DNA from: Phyllobates terribilis
Lineage: Eukaryota
Reading direction: 5' to 3'
NCBI RefSeq assembly: GCF_046119375.1
Contig: NW_027362764.1
Location: 799,366,001 to 799,430,000 of the forward strand
DNA: 64,000 bases
Shown: piece after piece, positions 53,449 to 64,000 of the stretch
How the letters are laid out: each line of letters opens with the position of its first letter
Position numbering within the stretch: the first letter of the stretch is position 1
Program-made: the position numbers and the translations under genes
The notes under the pieces: generated by a model
The model's input: only the letters and a program-made list of their open reading frames with translations
The model's database searches: none
What the model was told of the DNA's origin: nothing

Positions 53449-55444
53449 ATGTTGACGCGCCCCCTGGGCCTGTGTTGTGTAGCGTTGCGCACGCGGGGAA
53501 TACCCGGAGCCGGATCTGTCGGGATTAGTAGTCCTCGTGGCGGTGACCCGGTCCGTGCCCAGGGTGTCAAACTAAGTGGCGGAATTTAGCAGAAGATGTT
53601 ATAGTGTTCGACTACGCCACCCGTTGAATGCGGTTATGAAGCCGCCGCTGCAGGGCAGACCGCTGAGGCCGGTGGTACAGTTGTGCAGCATGGGTAGTAT
53701 AACCCCCAACGGGAGGGGTATGGCCTCAGGGCAGCAGACGTGGATGATGGGGATAGCAGAATTGCACGCAGGCACCAGGAACCACTCAGAGACGGTGCGG
53801 TGTAGTTCAGGGTCTTTACTGGTGGCAAAGGTAGACCCTCCCGGGAGTACTGGCTAGCGATCGGGGCCTGGTCAGTGCGTGAGCAGATAGGATCTCCCCC
53901 GGCCAGGCGGAGTTGTAGGCCTCCCCAACTAATTGTACTCTTCCTGGCTACCTTGCTAGAAGCGGGTAAAAGTAGCCCACGTCCCTGAGTGTACCGTGTG
54001 GTGCTCACCCGTATGGCCGGTGACTCGGGGCCTTCTGGTAGCCTCCGCTCCACGACGGCGGTGCTGGTCCCTTGCGTGTGACCGTGCCTTCGGGTTTCTT
54101 GGCCAGAGGACCTGAAATCCCCTGCCGGACGGTTTCTGCTGCTGGGTATGGAACAGTCCCCACAGCCTCGGACTCCGTGTCCGGTGAGATCTCTTCAGTC
54201 AGGACGAGCTCTACAGCTTCCAGTCCTGGACCCCTTTTATCACTGCTCCCACAGAGCTCCTGATCTTGCTCTCCCTGCATCTGCTCCACTCCAGACCAGA
54301 CTGTGTCTCTGTCTGGGACTCCTCTTCTTCTCTTCTTTTTCTTACCTAACCCCACCTCAGCCCCAGTTTATATAGGGGAAGTTCTTCCCCTCCCAGGACT
54401 GGGCAGGAGGTGTGGCATGCTTAGGGTTCCTGACCAGGAGACCTCCCACCTGCTCACAGACGTAATATTGCTATTACTGTGGTAACCAGAACCCTGGGGT
54501 GCCACATGTATACCAGCCGTGCCTGCCAGTATCCACCTGTCGGTATACCAGCCGTGCCTGCTAGTACCCACCTGTCTGCATACCAGCCGTGCCTGCCAGT
54601 ACCCACCTGTCTGTATACCAGCCGTGCCTGCTAGTATCCACCTGTCTGCATACCAGCCGTGCCTGCCAGTACCCACCTGTCAGTATGCCAGCCTAACCTG
54701 CCTGTTCCTGCATTCCCCGGTATGGGTCAACAGCTGTGACCGGGGTCTGACCTGGAGTAGCACCTGGTCTCTCTGCTTGGTTCCTCCCTGGTTCACGGAG
54801 TCGATTGAGCCGCCGTGCGACCTTGGTCGGACCGAGTGGATACTTAGTCACGCCCCTCCAGGCACTCCTCGGTTCATGGTCCAGTGGGATCACTAACCAC
54901 ACTCGCGTCAGTCAGTCAGGGCGTGTGCGTAACACACTCCACATAATGTTATCTAAAATTACTGGATTTTCTTCAATTTCGTTAAGCATAATCTCACTAA
55001 ATTGCAGCCGCCTGTCTGGATCATCTTCCAATAAACCATGAATTAGACGTGGACGAGAAGCTTTCCACCCCATAGATAGATTTCAGGATTCGCATGATAG
55101 AAGCTCGTGAAATTCCCAATTCCACAGAGGCTCTTCTGGTGACTTTTTTGGACTCTGAACAAATGTTTCAGCAACAAGTTGTTTATTATCTTCTGTACAG
55201 ACTGTTTTGGGTCGAGCAGTTTTTGGAGCATTAAGGATTGAGCCAGTGGCATTGAATTTGTCACCAATGCGGTAAATGGTTTGTCTCTTTGGGGCTTGAG
55301 TACCAAATGTTTCAACCCAATTTGCTCTAACGGTTTCAGCATTTAGAGATTTCAAATACTCCGTTAAAATCCATTTTCTTAGATCTGTATTTAAATTATT
55401 TGCCATTATGTGTTATCTGAATTATCTGAAAAGAAAACAGATTT

Positions 55445-55623
55445 GGGGGAGATCTATCTGTGAAAACTAGATCTGTGAAACTGGCTCAGTTGCCCTTAGC
55501 AACCAATCAGATTCCACCTTTCATTTTCCAAAGAGTCTGTGAGGAATGAAAAGTGGAATCTGATTGGTTGCTAAGGGCAACTGAGCCAGTTTCACTTTAC
55601 ACCATGTTTGATAAATCTCCCCC
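55445..55623. mobile_element. Palindromic MITE inside the DD41D element
   Basis: GGGGGAGATCTATC...GATAAATCTCCCCC with a long internal hairpin CTGGCTCAGTTGCCCTTAGCAACCAATCAGATTCCAC. Confidence 0.75.
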
Positions 55624-56224
55624 TTCATAACCTTATTACACTTTCTGTCCACCTACTTTTGGACCACCCTGTATGTATGTATATATAGTGCATTTTCTAC
55701 CTCTTGCCACATTTCTGGCTTCAAACATAAAGATATAAAATTCTAATTTTTTTGGGAAGAATAAACAACAAGTGGGACACAAACGTGAAGTGGAACGAAA
55801 TTTATTGGATATTTTAAAATTTTTTAACAAATTAAAAACTGAAAAGTGGGGTGTGCAATATTATTCGGCCCCCTTGAGTTAATAATTTGTAGCGTCACCT
55901 TTTGCTGCGATTACAGCTGCAAGTCGCTTGGGGTATGTCTCTATCAGTTTTGCACATCGAGAGGCTGAAATTCTTGCCCATTCTTCCTTGCAAAACAGCT
56001 CGAGCTCATTGAGGTTGGATGGAGGGCGTTTATGAACAGCAGTTTTCAGCTGTTTCCACAGATTCTCGATTGGATTCTGGTCTGGACTTTGACTTATCCA
56101 TTCTAACACCTGGATACGTTTATTTTTGAACCATTCCATTGTAGATTTTCCTTAATGTTTGGGATCATTGTCTTGTTGGAAGATAAATCTCCATCCCAGT
56201 CTCAGGTCTTTTGCAGACTCCAAC

Positions 56225-57860
56225 TGTTATGTTCTGCTACCAGAGCTAAGGAAAGAGAGGAGATCTGTCCCTACGATAGAACTCAGCTGAATCCCTACGA
56301 TGTAACAGGGAACCTGATCCTGCGATCAGACCTGCTAAAGTCCTAAGCTAGTCTGTACGGAGACCTATAGATGTGGGGAAGGAATCCCTACAAGTACTAA
56401 GGACTGGGAGGAAAATGGGACACCTCCTAACAGAAATAGTAGCAGACAGACGAACAAACAAAATATATAGAACATAGAGGTCCGTAGACCAAGCAAACTA
56501 ACAGAGTTAGATACAGAGCACAGGCTAGCTAGAAAGTAGTTATACAATGAAGTCCAGCAAAGCCAGAAGGGGGGAGCAGGATTAAATAGGCCAACAAGGT
56601 CATGTGACCAGCAAAGGAAAAAACCTAAGAGCAAGGTTCTAACAGTACCCCCCCTTCTAAGAGGATCCTCCGGATCCCCTAGGACCAGGCTTATCAGGAA
56701 ATCTCCTGTGAAACGCTCTGATAAGTCTGGACGCGGAAACATCATCTGACCTCACCCAAGAGTTATCCTCGGGTCCGAAACCTTTCCAGGCCACAAGATA
56801 CTGCAAACTACCTCTATACCGTCTAGAGTTAAGGATGCGAGAAATTTCATATTCCCCGTCCTCCACCACCGGAGGAACAGAGGCAGAGGCGTCACCATCC
56901 GACACAACAGCTTTTTTTAACAGAGAGACATGAAATACCGGATTAATTCTCCAGGAGGTAGGAACCTCCAACCTAACAGCAGATTGGTTGACAACCTGAA
57001 GCACCTTAAAGGGCCCTACAAACTTGGGACCCAATTTCTTAGAAGGAATCCTCAACCGCAGATTCCTAGAGGACAACCAAACCATGTCACCAACAGTGAA
57101 CAAAACCTCCTGTCGTTTCCTATCAAAGTAGTCTTTAGATTTTCTGTTGGCCTCCTGAAGATTACCACGCACATCCGTCCAAACTCTCTCCAAATCACCG
57201 GAAAAATTCTCCTCCTCAGGCACGGCAGATCCCAACTTGGAGAACGACCCAAACGACGGATGTCTCCCAGAACAACAAAAAAAAGGCGAACAACCAGCAG
57301 AAGAAGATGTATGATTGTTCAGAGCAAATTCAGCAAGTGGCAGAAACTCAGACCACCCCTCTTGATTGTCTGCCACAAAACAACGCAAGAACTGCTCAAC
57401 ATCCTGGTTTTTCCTTAGAGAATTTGCAGGCTGGACTTACTGTTATGTTCTGCTACCAGAGCTAAGGAAAGAGAGGAGATCTGTCCCTACGATAGAACTC
57501 AGCTGAATCCCTACGATGTAACAGGGAACCTGATCCTGCGATCAGACCTGCTAAAGTCCTAAGCTAGTCTGTACGGAGACCTATAGATGTGGGGAAGGAA
57601 TCCCTACAAGTACTAAGGACTGGGAGGAAAATGGGACACCTCCTAACAGAAATAGTAGCAGACAGACGAACAAACAAAATATATAGAACATAGAGGTCCG
57701 TAGACCAAGCAAACTAACAGAGCTAGATACAGAGCACAGGCTAGCTAGAAAGTAGTTATACAATGAAGTCCAGCAAAGCCAGAAGGGCGGAGCAGGATTA
57801 AATAGGCCAACAAGGTCATGTGACCAGCAAAGGAAAAAACCTAAGAGCAAGGTTCTAACA
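56225..57860 (-). mobile_element. Mini (1636 bp) chromovirus-type LTR element with two 420-bp LTRs
   Basis: LTRs 56225-56644 and 57441-57860 (2 differences seen); TSD CCAAC; PPT 56648-56658. Confidence 0.95.
56657..57412 (-). pseudogene. Integrase C-terminal part (GPY/F) plus chromodomain
   Basis: RKNQDVEQFLRCFV...KLGPKFVGPF...FHVSLLK...EYEISRILNSR...QYLVAWKGFGPEDNSW. No ATG. Confidence 0.88.
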
Positions 57861-59353
57861 CCAACAGGTTTTCTTCCAGAATGGTCCTGTATTTAGTTCC
57901 GTCCATCTTCCCATCAATTTTAACCCCTTAACAACATTTGACGTACTAATATGCGTCTGTGCCCTGGGACTTAAGAGCCAGACCCGTATTAGTACGTCAT
58001 GGCGATCGCGCGGGCACACAGGCTGTGCGGACGCGATCGCCGCCGGGTGTCAGCTGATTGTCACAGCTGACACCCGGTACTATGTGCAGGGAGCGGTCCT
58101 TCACCGCTCCTAGCACATTAACCCCCGCGATGCTGCAATCGAAGTCGATCGCAGCATTGCGGTGGCAAGGGGAGGTGATCGCAGATACTCACCTCCTCTT
58201 CCAGCTTCCAGCGCTGACTGACGTGGCTTCCAGGATGTTGCCATGACGACCCGATGTCGTCATGACAACATCCGGGTCACCAGACAGCAGGAAGATTTTT
58301 TGGACATGCGCAGTGCATCTCCAAACAATCTTCTCCCTGTCCAGCGCTGACAGCCTGCATGGCACAGGGATGGTGCTGCATTCCTGTGCCATGCAGGCGA
58401 TCAGAGAAAAAAAAGTGAAAGTCCCACAGTGGGACAAAGTAATAAAGTATTAAAACTATCAGAAAGTGCAAAAAAAAAAAATTGTAAAAATATTAAAAAA
58501 AAAATAATCCACCAAAAATAAAAATATAATGTACCCATCAATAAATATTATTATAAAAAAAAAAAAAACAATAAAAGTACACATATTTGGTATTGCCGCG
58601 TCCGGAACAACCTGACCTATAAAACTGTCTCACTAGTTAACTCCTTCAGTGAACACGGTAAAAAATAAAAATAAAAAACGAAGCAAAAAACAATGCTTTA
58701 TCACCATACCACCAAACAAAAAATGGAATAACACGCGATCAAAAAGACAAATATAAATAAAAATGGTACCGCTGAAAACGTCATCTCGTCCCGCAAAAAA
58801 CAAGTTGCCATACAGCTCCATCAGCCGAAAAATAAAAAAGTTATAGCTCTCAGAATAAAGCTATGCTAAAAAATAATTTTTTCTATAAAATTGCTTTTAT
58901 TATGTAAAAGTGCAAAATATAGAAATACAATACAAATGTGGTACCGCTGTAAACGTACTGACCCGAAGAATAAAGCTGCCTTATCAATTTTGCCACACGC
59001 GGAACAGAATAAAAAAGAAAAAAAAATTCCTGAATTGTTGGTTTTTGTTTATTCTGCCTCCCAAAAATCGAAATAGAAAGCGATCAAAAAATGTCACGTG
59101 CCTGAAAATGGCATCAATAACAACATCAACTCATCCCACAAAAGGCGAGCCGTCACATGACTGTCTGCCAAAATCTGGAGAAATTATAGGTCTCAAAATA
59201 TGGCGATGCAAAAACTAGTCTTTTAGTGTGTGACAGCTGTCAGTCATAAAAACCCCATATGATTCTGGTATCGTTGTAATCACACCGACCTGAAGAATAA
59301 AGTCGTCTAATCACTTATACCGCATGAGGAACGGCGTAAAAAATAAACTCTCA

Positions 59354-59468
59354 GGTTAGGGTTGTGCTAGGGTTAGGGTTGTGCTAGGGTTAGGGTTGTG
59401 CTACGGTTAGGGTTGTGCTACGGTTAGGGTTGTGTTAGGGTTAGGGCTGGGGTTGTGATGGGGTTGGG
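59354..59468 (+). repeat. Telomere-like 17-bp repeat GGTTAGGGTTGTGCTAG
   Basis: About 5 copies plus a degenerate tail, internal to the piggyBac-like element. Confidence 0.85.
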
Positions 59469-59510
59469 ATTTTTTTCAAAAGTAAGAAAAAAAGATGACG
59501 ATATGGCGAC

Positions 59511-59810
59511 TAGTGTTGAGCGCAAGTGCTCGCTACTTGAGTTTGCATCGGGTGTTCTGGTATACATTGAGTATCGTGGGTATTTGAGTGACATGCTCGA
59601 GTCTCCGCCCCATATGCTTCACGGCCCAAAAAACTTTGCGGGGATTGCCTGCCATGCACGAGCGATCCCCGCATTTTTTTTTTTGGGTGTCTAATAACCG
59701 TGAAACATCCGGGCGGACACTCGAGCATGTTACTCGAGCACACGCAGTACATGGTGCATACCTTAGTACCCGATGCAAACTCAAGTAGCGAGCACTTGCG
59801 CTCAAGACTA
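59511..59810. mobile_element. 300-bp hAT-type MITE
   Basis: About 43-bp TIR starting TAGTGTTGAGCG, the same terminus as the hAT at 8928. No clean TSD. Confidence 0.75.
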
Positions 59811-62590
59811 TTGACAACTTATTCAATATGATGACCTAATGTTATCAAATTCTGTGTCGTACCTCTGGGTTCAAAATGTTCACTATACACCTTAATTAAA
59901 TCCTTGAGGGGTATAGTTTCCAAAATGGGGTCACTTGTGGGAGAGCTCCACTGTTTAGGCACATCAGGGGCTCTCCAAACGCGACATGGTGTCCGCTAAC
60001 AAATTGAATGGAAAATCGGCTCAAATTGTTAGCGGACACCATGTTGCATTTGGAGAGTCCCTGTGTGCCCAAACATTGGAGCTCCCCCACAAGTGACCCC
60101 ATTTTGGAAACTAGACCACCCCAAGGCACCTATCTAGATGCATAGTGAGCACTTGGAACCCTTAGGTGCTACACAAATTGATTCGTAAAAATGGAAAAGT
60201 ATTTTTTTTCCACTTTTTCACTTTTACGAATCAATTTGTGAAGCACCTGGGGGTTCCAACTGCTCACTATGCATCTAGATCGGTGCCTTGGGGGTTCTAG
60301 TTTCCAAAATGGGGTCACTTGTGGGGGAGCTCCAATGTTTGGGCACACAGGGACTCTCCAAATGCAACATGGTGTCCGCTAACAAATTGTCGGCTCAAAT
60401 TGTTAGCGGACACCATGTTGCGTTTGGAGAGCCCCTGTGTGCCCAAACATTGGAGCTCCCCCACAAGTGACCCCATTTTGGAAACTAGACCCCCAAGGCA
60501 CCTATCTAGATGCATAGTGAGCACTTGGAACCCCCAGGTGCTTCACAAATTGATTCGAAAAAATGAAAAAGTGAAAAAAAAAACACTTTTTCATTTTTAC
60601 GAATCAATTTGTGAAGCATCTGGGGGTTCCAAGTGCTCACTATGCATCTAGATAGGTGCCTTGGCGGGTCTAGTTTCCAAAATGGGGTCACTTGTGGGGG
60701 AGCTCCAATGTTTGGGCACACAGGGGTTCTCCAAACGCAACATGGCGTCCGCTAATTATTCAAGCAAATTTTTCAATCAAAAAGTCAAATGGTGCTCCTT
60801 CCCTTCCGAGCCCTGCCGTGCGCCCAAACAGTGTTTCTTCCCCACATATGGGGTATCTGCGTGGTCAGGGGAAATTGCACAACAAATTTTGCTGTCCATT
60901 TTTTCCTGTTACCCCTGTGAAAATAAAAAAAATTGGGTCTAAAGTAACATTTTTGTGAAAAGTTAAATGTTCATTTTTTTCTTCCACATTCCAAAAATTC
61001 CTGTGAAGCACCTGAAGGGTTAATAAACTTATTGAATGTGGTTTTGAGCACCTTGAGGGGTGCAGTTTTTAGAATGGTGTCACTTTTGGGTATTTTCTGT
61101 CATAAAGACCCCTCAAAGTGACTTCAAATGTGATGTGGTCCCTAAAAAAATGGTTTTGTAAATTTTGTTGGAAAAATGAGAAATCGCTGGTCAACTTTTA
61201 ACCCTTATAGCTCCCTAACAAAAAAAATTTTGCTTCCAAAATTGTGCTGATGTAAAGTAGACATGTGGGAAATGTTATTTATTAACTCTTTTGTGTGACA
61301 TATCTCTCTGATTTGGGGGCATAAAAATTCAAATTTTGAAAATTGCAAAATTTTCAAAATTTTTGCCAAATTTCCATTTTTTTCACAAATAAACGCAAGT
61401 GATATCGAAGAAATTTTACCACAATCATGAAGTACAATATGTCATGAAAAAACATTCTCAGAATCAGGGGGATCCGTTGAAGCGTTCCAGAGTAATTACC
61501 TCATAAAGTGACAGTGGTCAGAATTGTAAAAATTGGCCTGGTCATTAACGTGCAAACCACCCTCGGGGGTTAAGGGGTTAACCATCTTCCCTGTCCCTGC
61601 TGAAGAAAAGCAGGCCCAAACCATGATGCTGCCACCACCATGTTTGACAGTGGGGAAGGTGTTTTGAGAGTGATGAGCTGTGTTGCTTTTACGCCAAACA
61701 TATCGTTTTGCATTGTGGCCAAAAAGTTCAATATTGGTTTCATCTGACCAGAGCACCTTATTCCACATGTTTGGTGTGTCTCCCAGGTGGTTTGTGGTAA
61801 ACTTCTAACAAGACTATTTATGGATATCTTTGAGAAATGGCTTTCTTGCCACTCTTCCATAAAGGACAGATTTGTGCAGTGAACGACTGATTGTTGTCCT
61901 ATGGACAGACTCTCCCACCTCAGCTGTAGATCTCTGCAGTTCATCCAGAGTGATCATGGGCCTTTTGGCTGCATCTCTGATCAGTCTTCTCCTTGTTCTA
62001 GATGAAAGTTTAGAGGGATGGCCGGGTCTTGGTAGATTTGCAGTGGGCTACTCCTTCCATTTCAATATGATCGCTTGCACAGTGCTCCTTGAGATGTTTA
62101 AAACTTGGGAATTTTTTTTGTATCCAAATCCGGCTTTAAACTTCACCACAACAGTATCTCGGACCTGCCTGGTGTGTTCCTTGGTCTTCATGATGCTCTC
62201 TGCACTTGAAACAGAACCCTGAGACTATCACAGAGCAGAGACCCCTGAGACTATCACAGAGCAGGTGCATTTATACGGGGACTGGATTACACACAGGTGG
62301 ATTCTAGTTATCATTACCAGTCATTTAGGAGAACATTGGATCCTTCAGAGATCCTCACTGAACTTCTGCACTGAAAGTAAAGGGGCCGAATAATATTGCA
62401 CTCCCCACTTTTCGGTTTTGAATTTGTTAAAAAAGTTTAAAATATCCAATAAATTTTGTTCCACTTCACGATTGTGTCCCACTTGTTGCTGATTCTTCAC
62501 AAAAAAATTAGAATGTTATATCTTTATGTTTGAAGCCAGAAATGTGGCAAAAGGTAGAAAAGTTCAAGGGGGCCAAATACTTTTACAATG

Positions 62591-62592
<2 letters not shown>

Positions 62593-62669
<77 letters not shown>
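62593..62669. repeat. (TA)n microsatellite
   Basis: About 38 TA units between two Tc1 termini. Confidence 0.97.
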
Positions 62670-62672
<3 letters not shown>

Positions 62673-62760
62673 TGCTCAAAAAAATAAAGGGAACAGTGAA
62701 ATAACACATCCTAGATTTGAATGACTGAAATATTCTCATTGTCCTTAAAACAAGTCACAA
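62670..62760 (-). mobile_element. Terminus of a third Tc1 family
   Basis: TA-CACTGCTCAAAAAAATAAAGGGAACA terminus leading straight into the 71-bp array. Confidence 0.75.
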
Positions 62761-64000
62761 TGAGGCTGAGTATTGTGTGTGGCCTCCACGTGCCTGTATG
62801 ACCTCCCTACAACGCCTGGGCATGCTCCTGATGAGGCTGAGTATTGTGTGTGGCCTCCACGTGCCTGTATGACCTCCCTACAACTCCTGGGCATGCTCCT
62901 GATGAGGCTGAGTATTGTGTGTGGCCTCCACGTGCCTGTATGACCTCCCTACAACACCTGGGCATGCTCCTGATGAGGCTGAGTATTGTGTGTGGCCTCC
63001 ACGTGCCTGTATGACCTCCCTACAACGCCTGGGCATGCTCCTGATGAGGCTGAGTATTGTGTGTGGTCTCCACGTGCCTGTATGACCTCCCTACAACGCC
63101 TGGGCATGCTCCTGATGAGGCTGAGTATTGTGTGTGGCCTCCACGTGCCTGTATGACCTCCCTACAACGCCTTGGCATGCTCCTGATGAGGCTGAGTGTT
63201 GTGTGTGGCCTCTACTGTAGGACCTCCCTACAACGCCTGGGCATGCTCCTGATGAGGCTGAGTATTGTGTGTGGCCTCCACGTGCCTGTATGACCTCCCT
63301 ACAACGCCTGGGCATGCTCCTGATGAGGCTGAGTATTGTGTGTGGCCTCCACGTGCCTGTATGACCTCCCTACAATGCCTGGGCATGCTCCTGATGATGC
63401 TGAGCATTGTGTGTGGCCTCCACGTGCCTGTATGACCTCCCTACAATGCCTGGGCATGCTCCTGATGAGGCTGAGTATTGTGTTTGGCCTCCACTTGCCT
63501 GTATGACCTCCCTACAACGCCTGGGCATGTTCCTGATGAGGCTGAGTATTGTGTGTGGCCTCCACGTGCCTGTATGACCTCCCTACAACGCCTGGGCATG
63601 CTCCTGATGAGGCTGAGTATTGTGTTTGGCCTCCACTTGCCTGTATGACCTCCCTACAACGCCTGGGCATGCTCCTGATGAGGCTGAGTATTGTGTGTGG
63701 CCTCCACGTGCCTGTATGACCTCCCTACAACGCCTGGGCATGCTCCTGATGAGGCTGAGTATTGTGTGTGGCCTCCACGTGCCTGTATGACCTCCCTACA
63801 ACACCTGGGCATGCTCCTGATGAGGCTGAGTATTGTGTGTGGCCTCCACGTGCCTGTATGACCTCCCTACAACGCCTGGGCATGCTCCTGATGAGGCTGA
63901 GTATTGTGTGTGGCCTCCACGTGCCTGTATAACCTCCCTACAATGCCTGGGCATGCTCCTGATGAGGCTGAGTATTGTGTGTGGCCTCCACGCGCCTGTA
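62761..64000. repeat. 71-bp satellite derived from a Tc1 transposase C-terminus, at least 17 copies, runs off the window
   Basis: Unit TGAGGCTGAGTATTGTGTGTGGCCTCCACGTGCCTGTATGACCTCCCTACAACGCCTGGGCATGCTCCTGA; minus strand reads LIRSMPRRCREVIQARGGHTQY. Confidence 0.92.

Larger units (their letters stand above)
46499..54506 (-). mobile_element. Full-length Ty3/Gypsy LTR retrotransposon (8 kb)
   Basis: LTRs 46499-47552 and 53453-54506 (1054 bp, about 6 differences seen); TSD TGTA; PBS 53431-53448; PPT about 47553-47563. Confidence 0.97.
45524..54934. mobile_element. Solo LTR (about 1.4 kb net, TGTAACA...CGTAACA) with internal tandem arrays, interrupted by the Gypsy element
   Basis: 5-bp TSD CACTC at 45519-45523 and 54935-54939. 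Confidence 0.85.
44788..55671 (-). mobile_element. DD41D (rosa/Visitor-type) Tc1/mariner element split by nested LTR insertions
   Basis: 23-bp TIR CAGGGTGGTCCAAAAGTAGGTGG with TA flanks. N-terminus 55083-55406; NIMWS|DEASF rejoins across the insertion. 41 residues counted between the D of QQDG and the last D of SPDLTPMD. Confidence 0.9.
57924..61577. mobile_element. Non-autonomous piggyBac-like element (3.65 kb)
   Basis: TTAA-CCCCTTAA...TTAAGGGG-TTAA. Removing it restores the Tc1 sequence CATCAATTTTAACCATCTTCCC. Confidence 0.9.
55686..62594 (-). mobile_element. Second Tc1 family, degenerate, hosting two insertions
   Basis: Matching TIRs at about 55690 and 62520-62590; fragments [10 protein letters not shown] (61496-61768) and EWISQSPDQNPIE (55879-56139). 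Confidence 0.88.

Noticed and set aside
59354-59468. Chromosome-fusion telomere scar
   Set aside because: Single orientation, 17-bp unit, internal to a TSD-bounded transposon.

Overview
Vertebrate genomic DNA, most likely anuran (inferred from the histone sequences and TE families). The window is a replication-dependent histone gene cluster heavily invaded by repeats. Two co-oriented minus-strand units read H1>H4>H3>H2A: unit A has H1 20490-21131, H4 19206-19517, H3 17708-18118 and H2A 2162-2548; unit B has H1 29433-30074, H4 28510-28821, H3 27139-27549 and a frameshifted H2A at 25633-26018. An orphan H1-upstream block of a third unit sits at about 40206. No H2B was found anywhere. The spacers hold several minisatellites, some visibly amplified from local sequence: a 10-copy array of the H1 cleavage site plus U7-binding element, an H1-upstream (TA)n-bearing satellite, and a 71-bp satellite made from a Tc1 transposase C-terminus. 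Nested TEs include Penelope-like elements, hAT, several Tc1 copies, a spliced piggyBac, a DD41D element, an apparently intact Ty3/Gypsy, solo LTRs and a 1.6-kb self-priming-type mini chromovirus. The giant ORFs over the satellites are artefacts. All coordinates were counted by eye and no searches were run.
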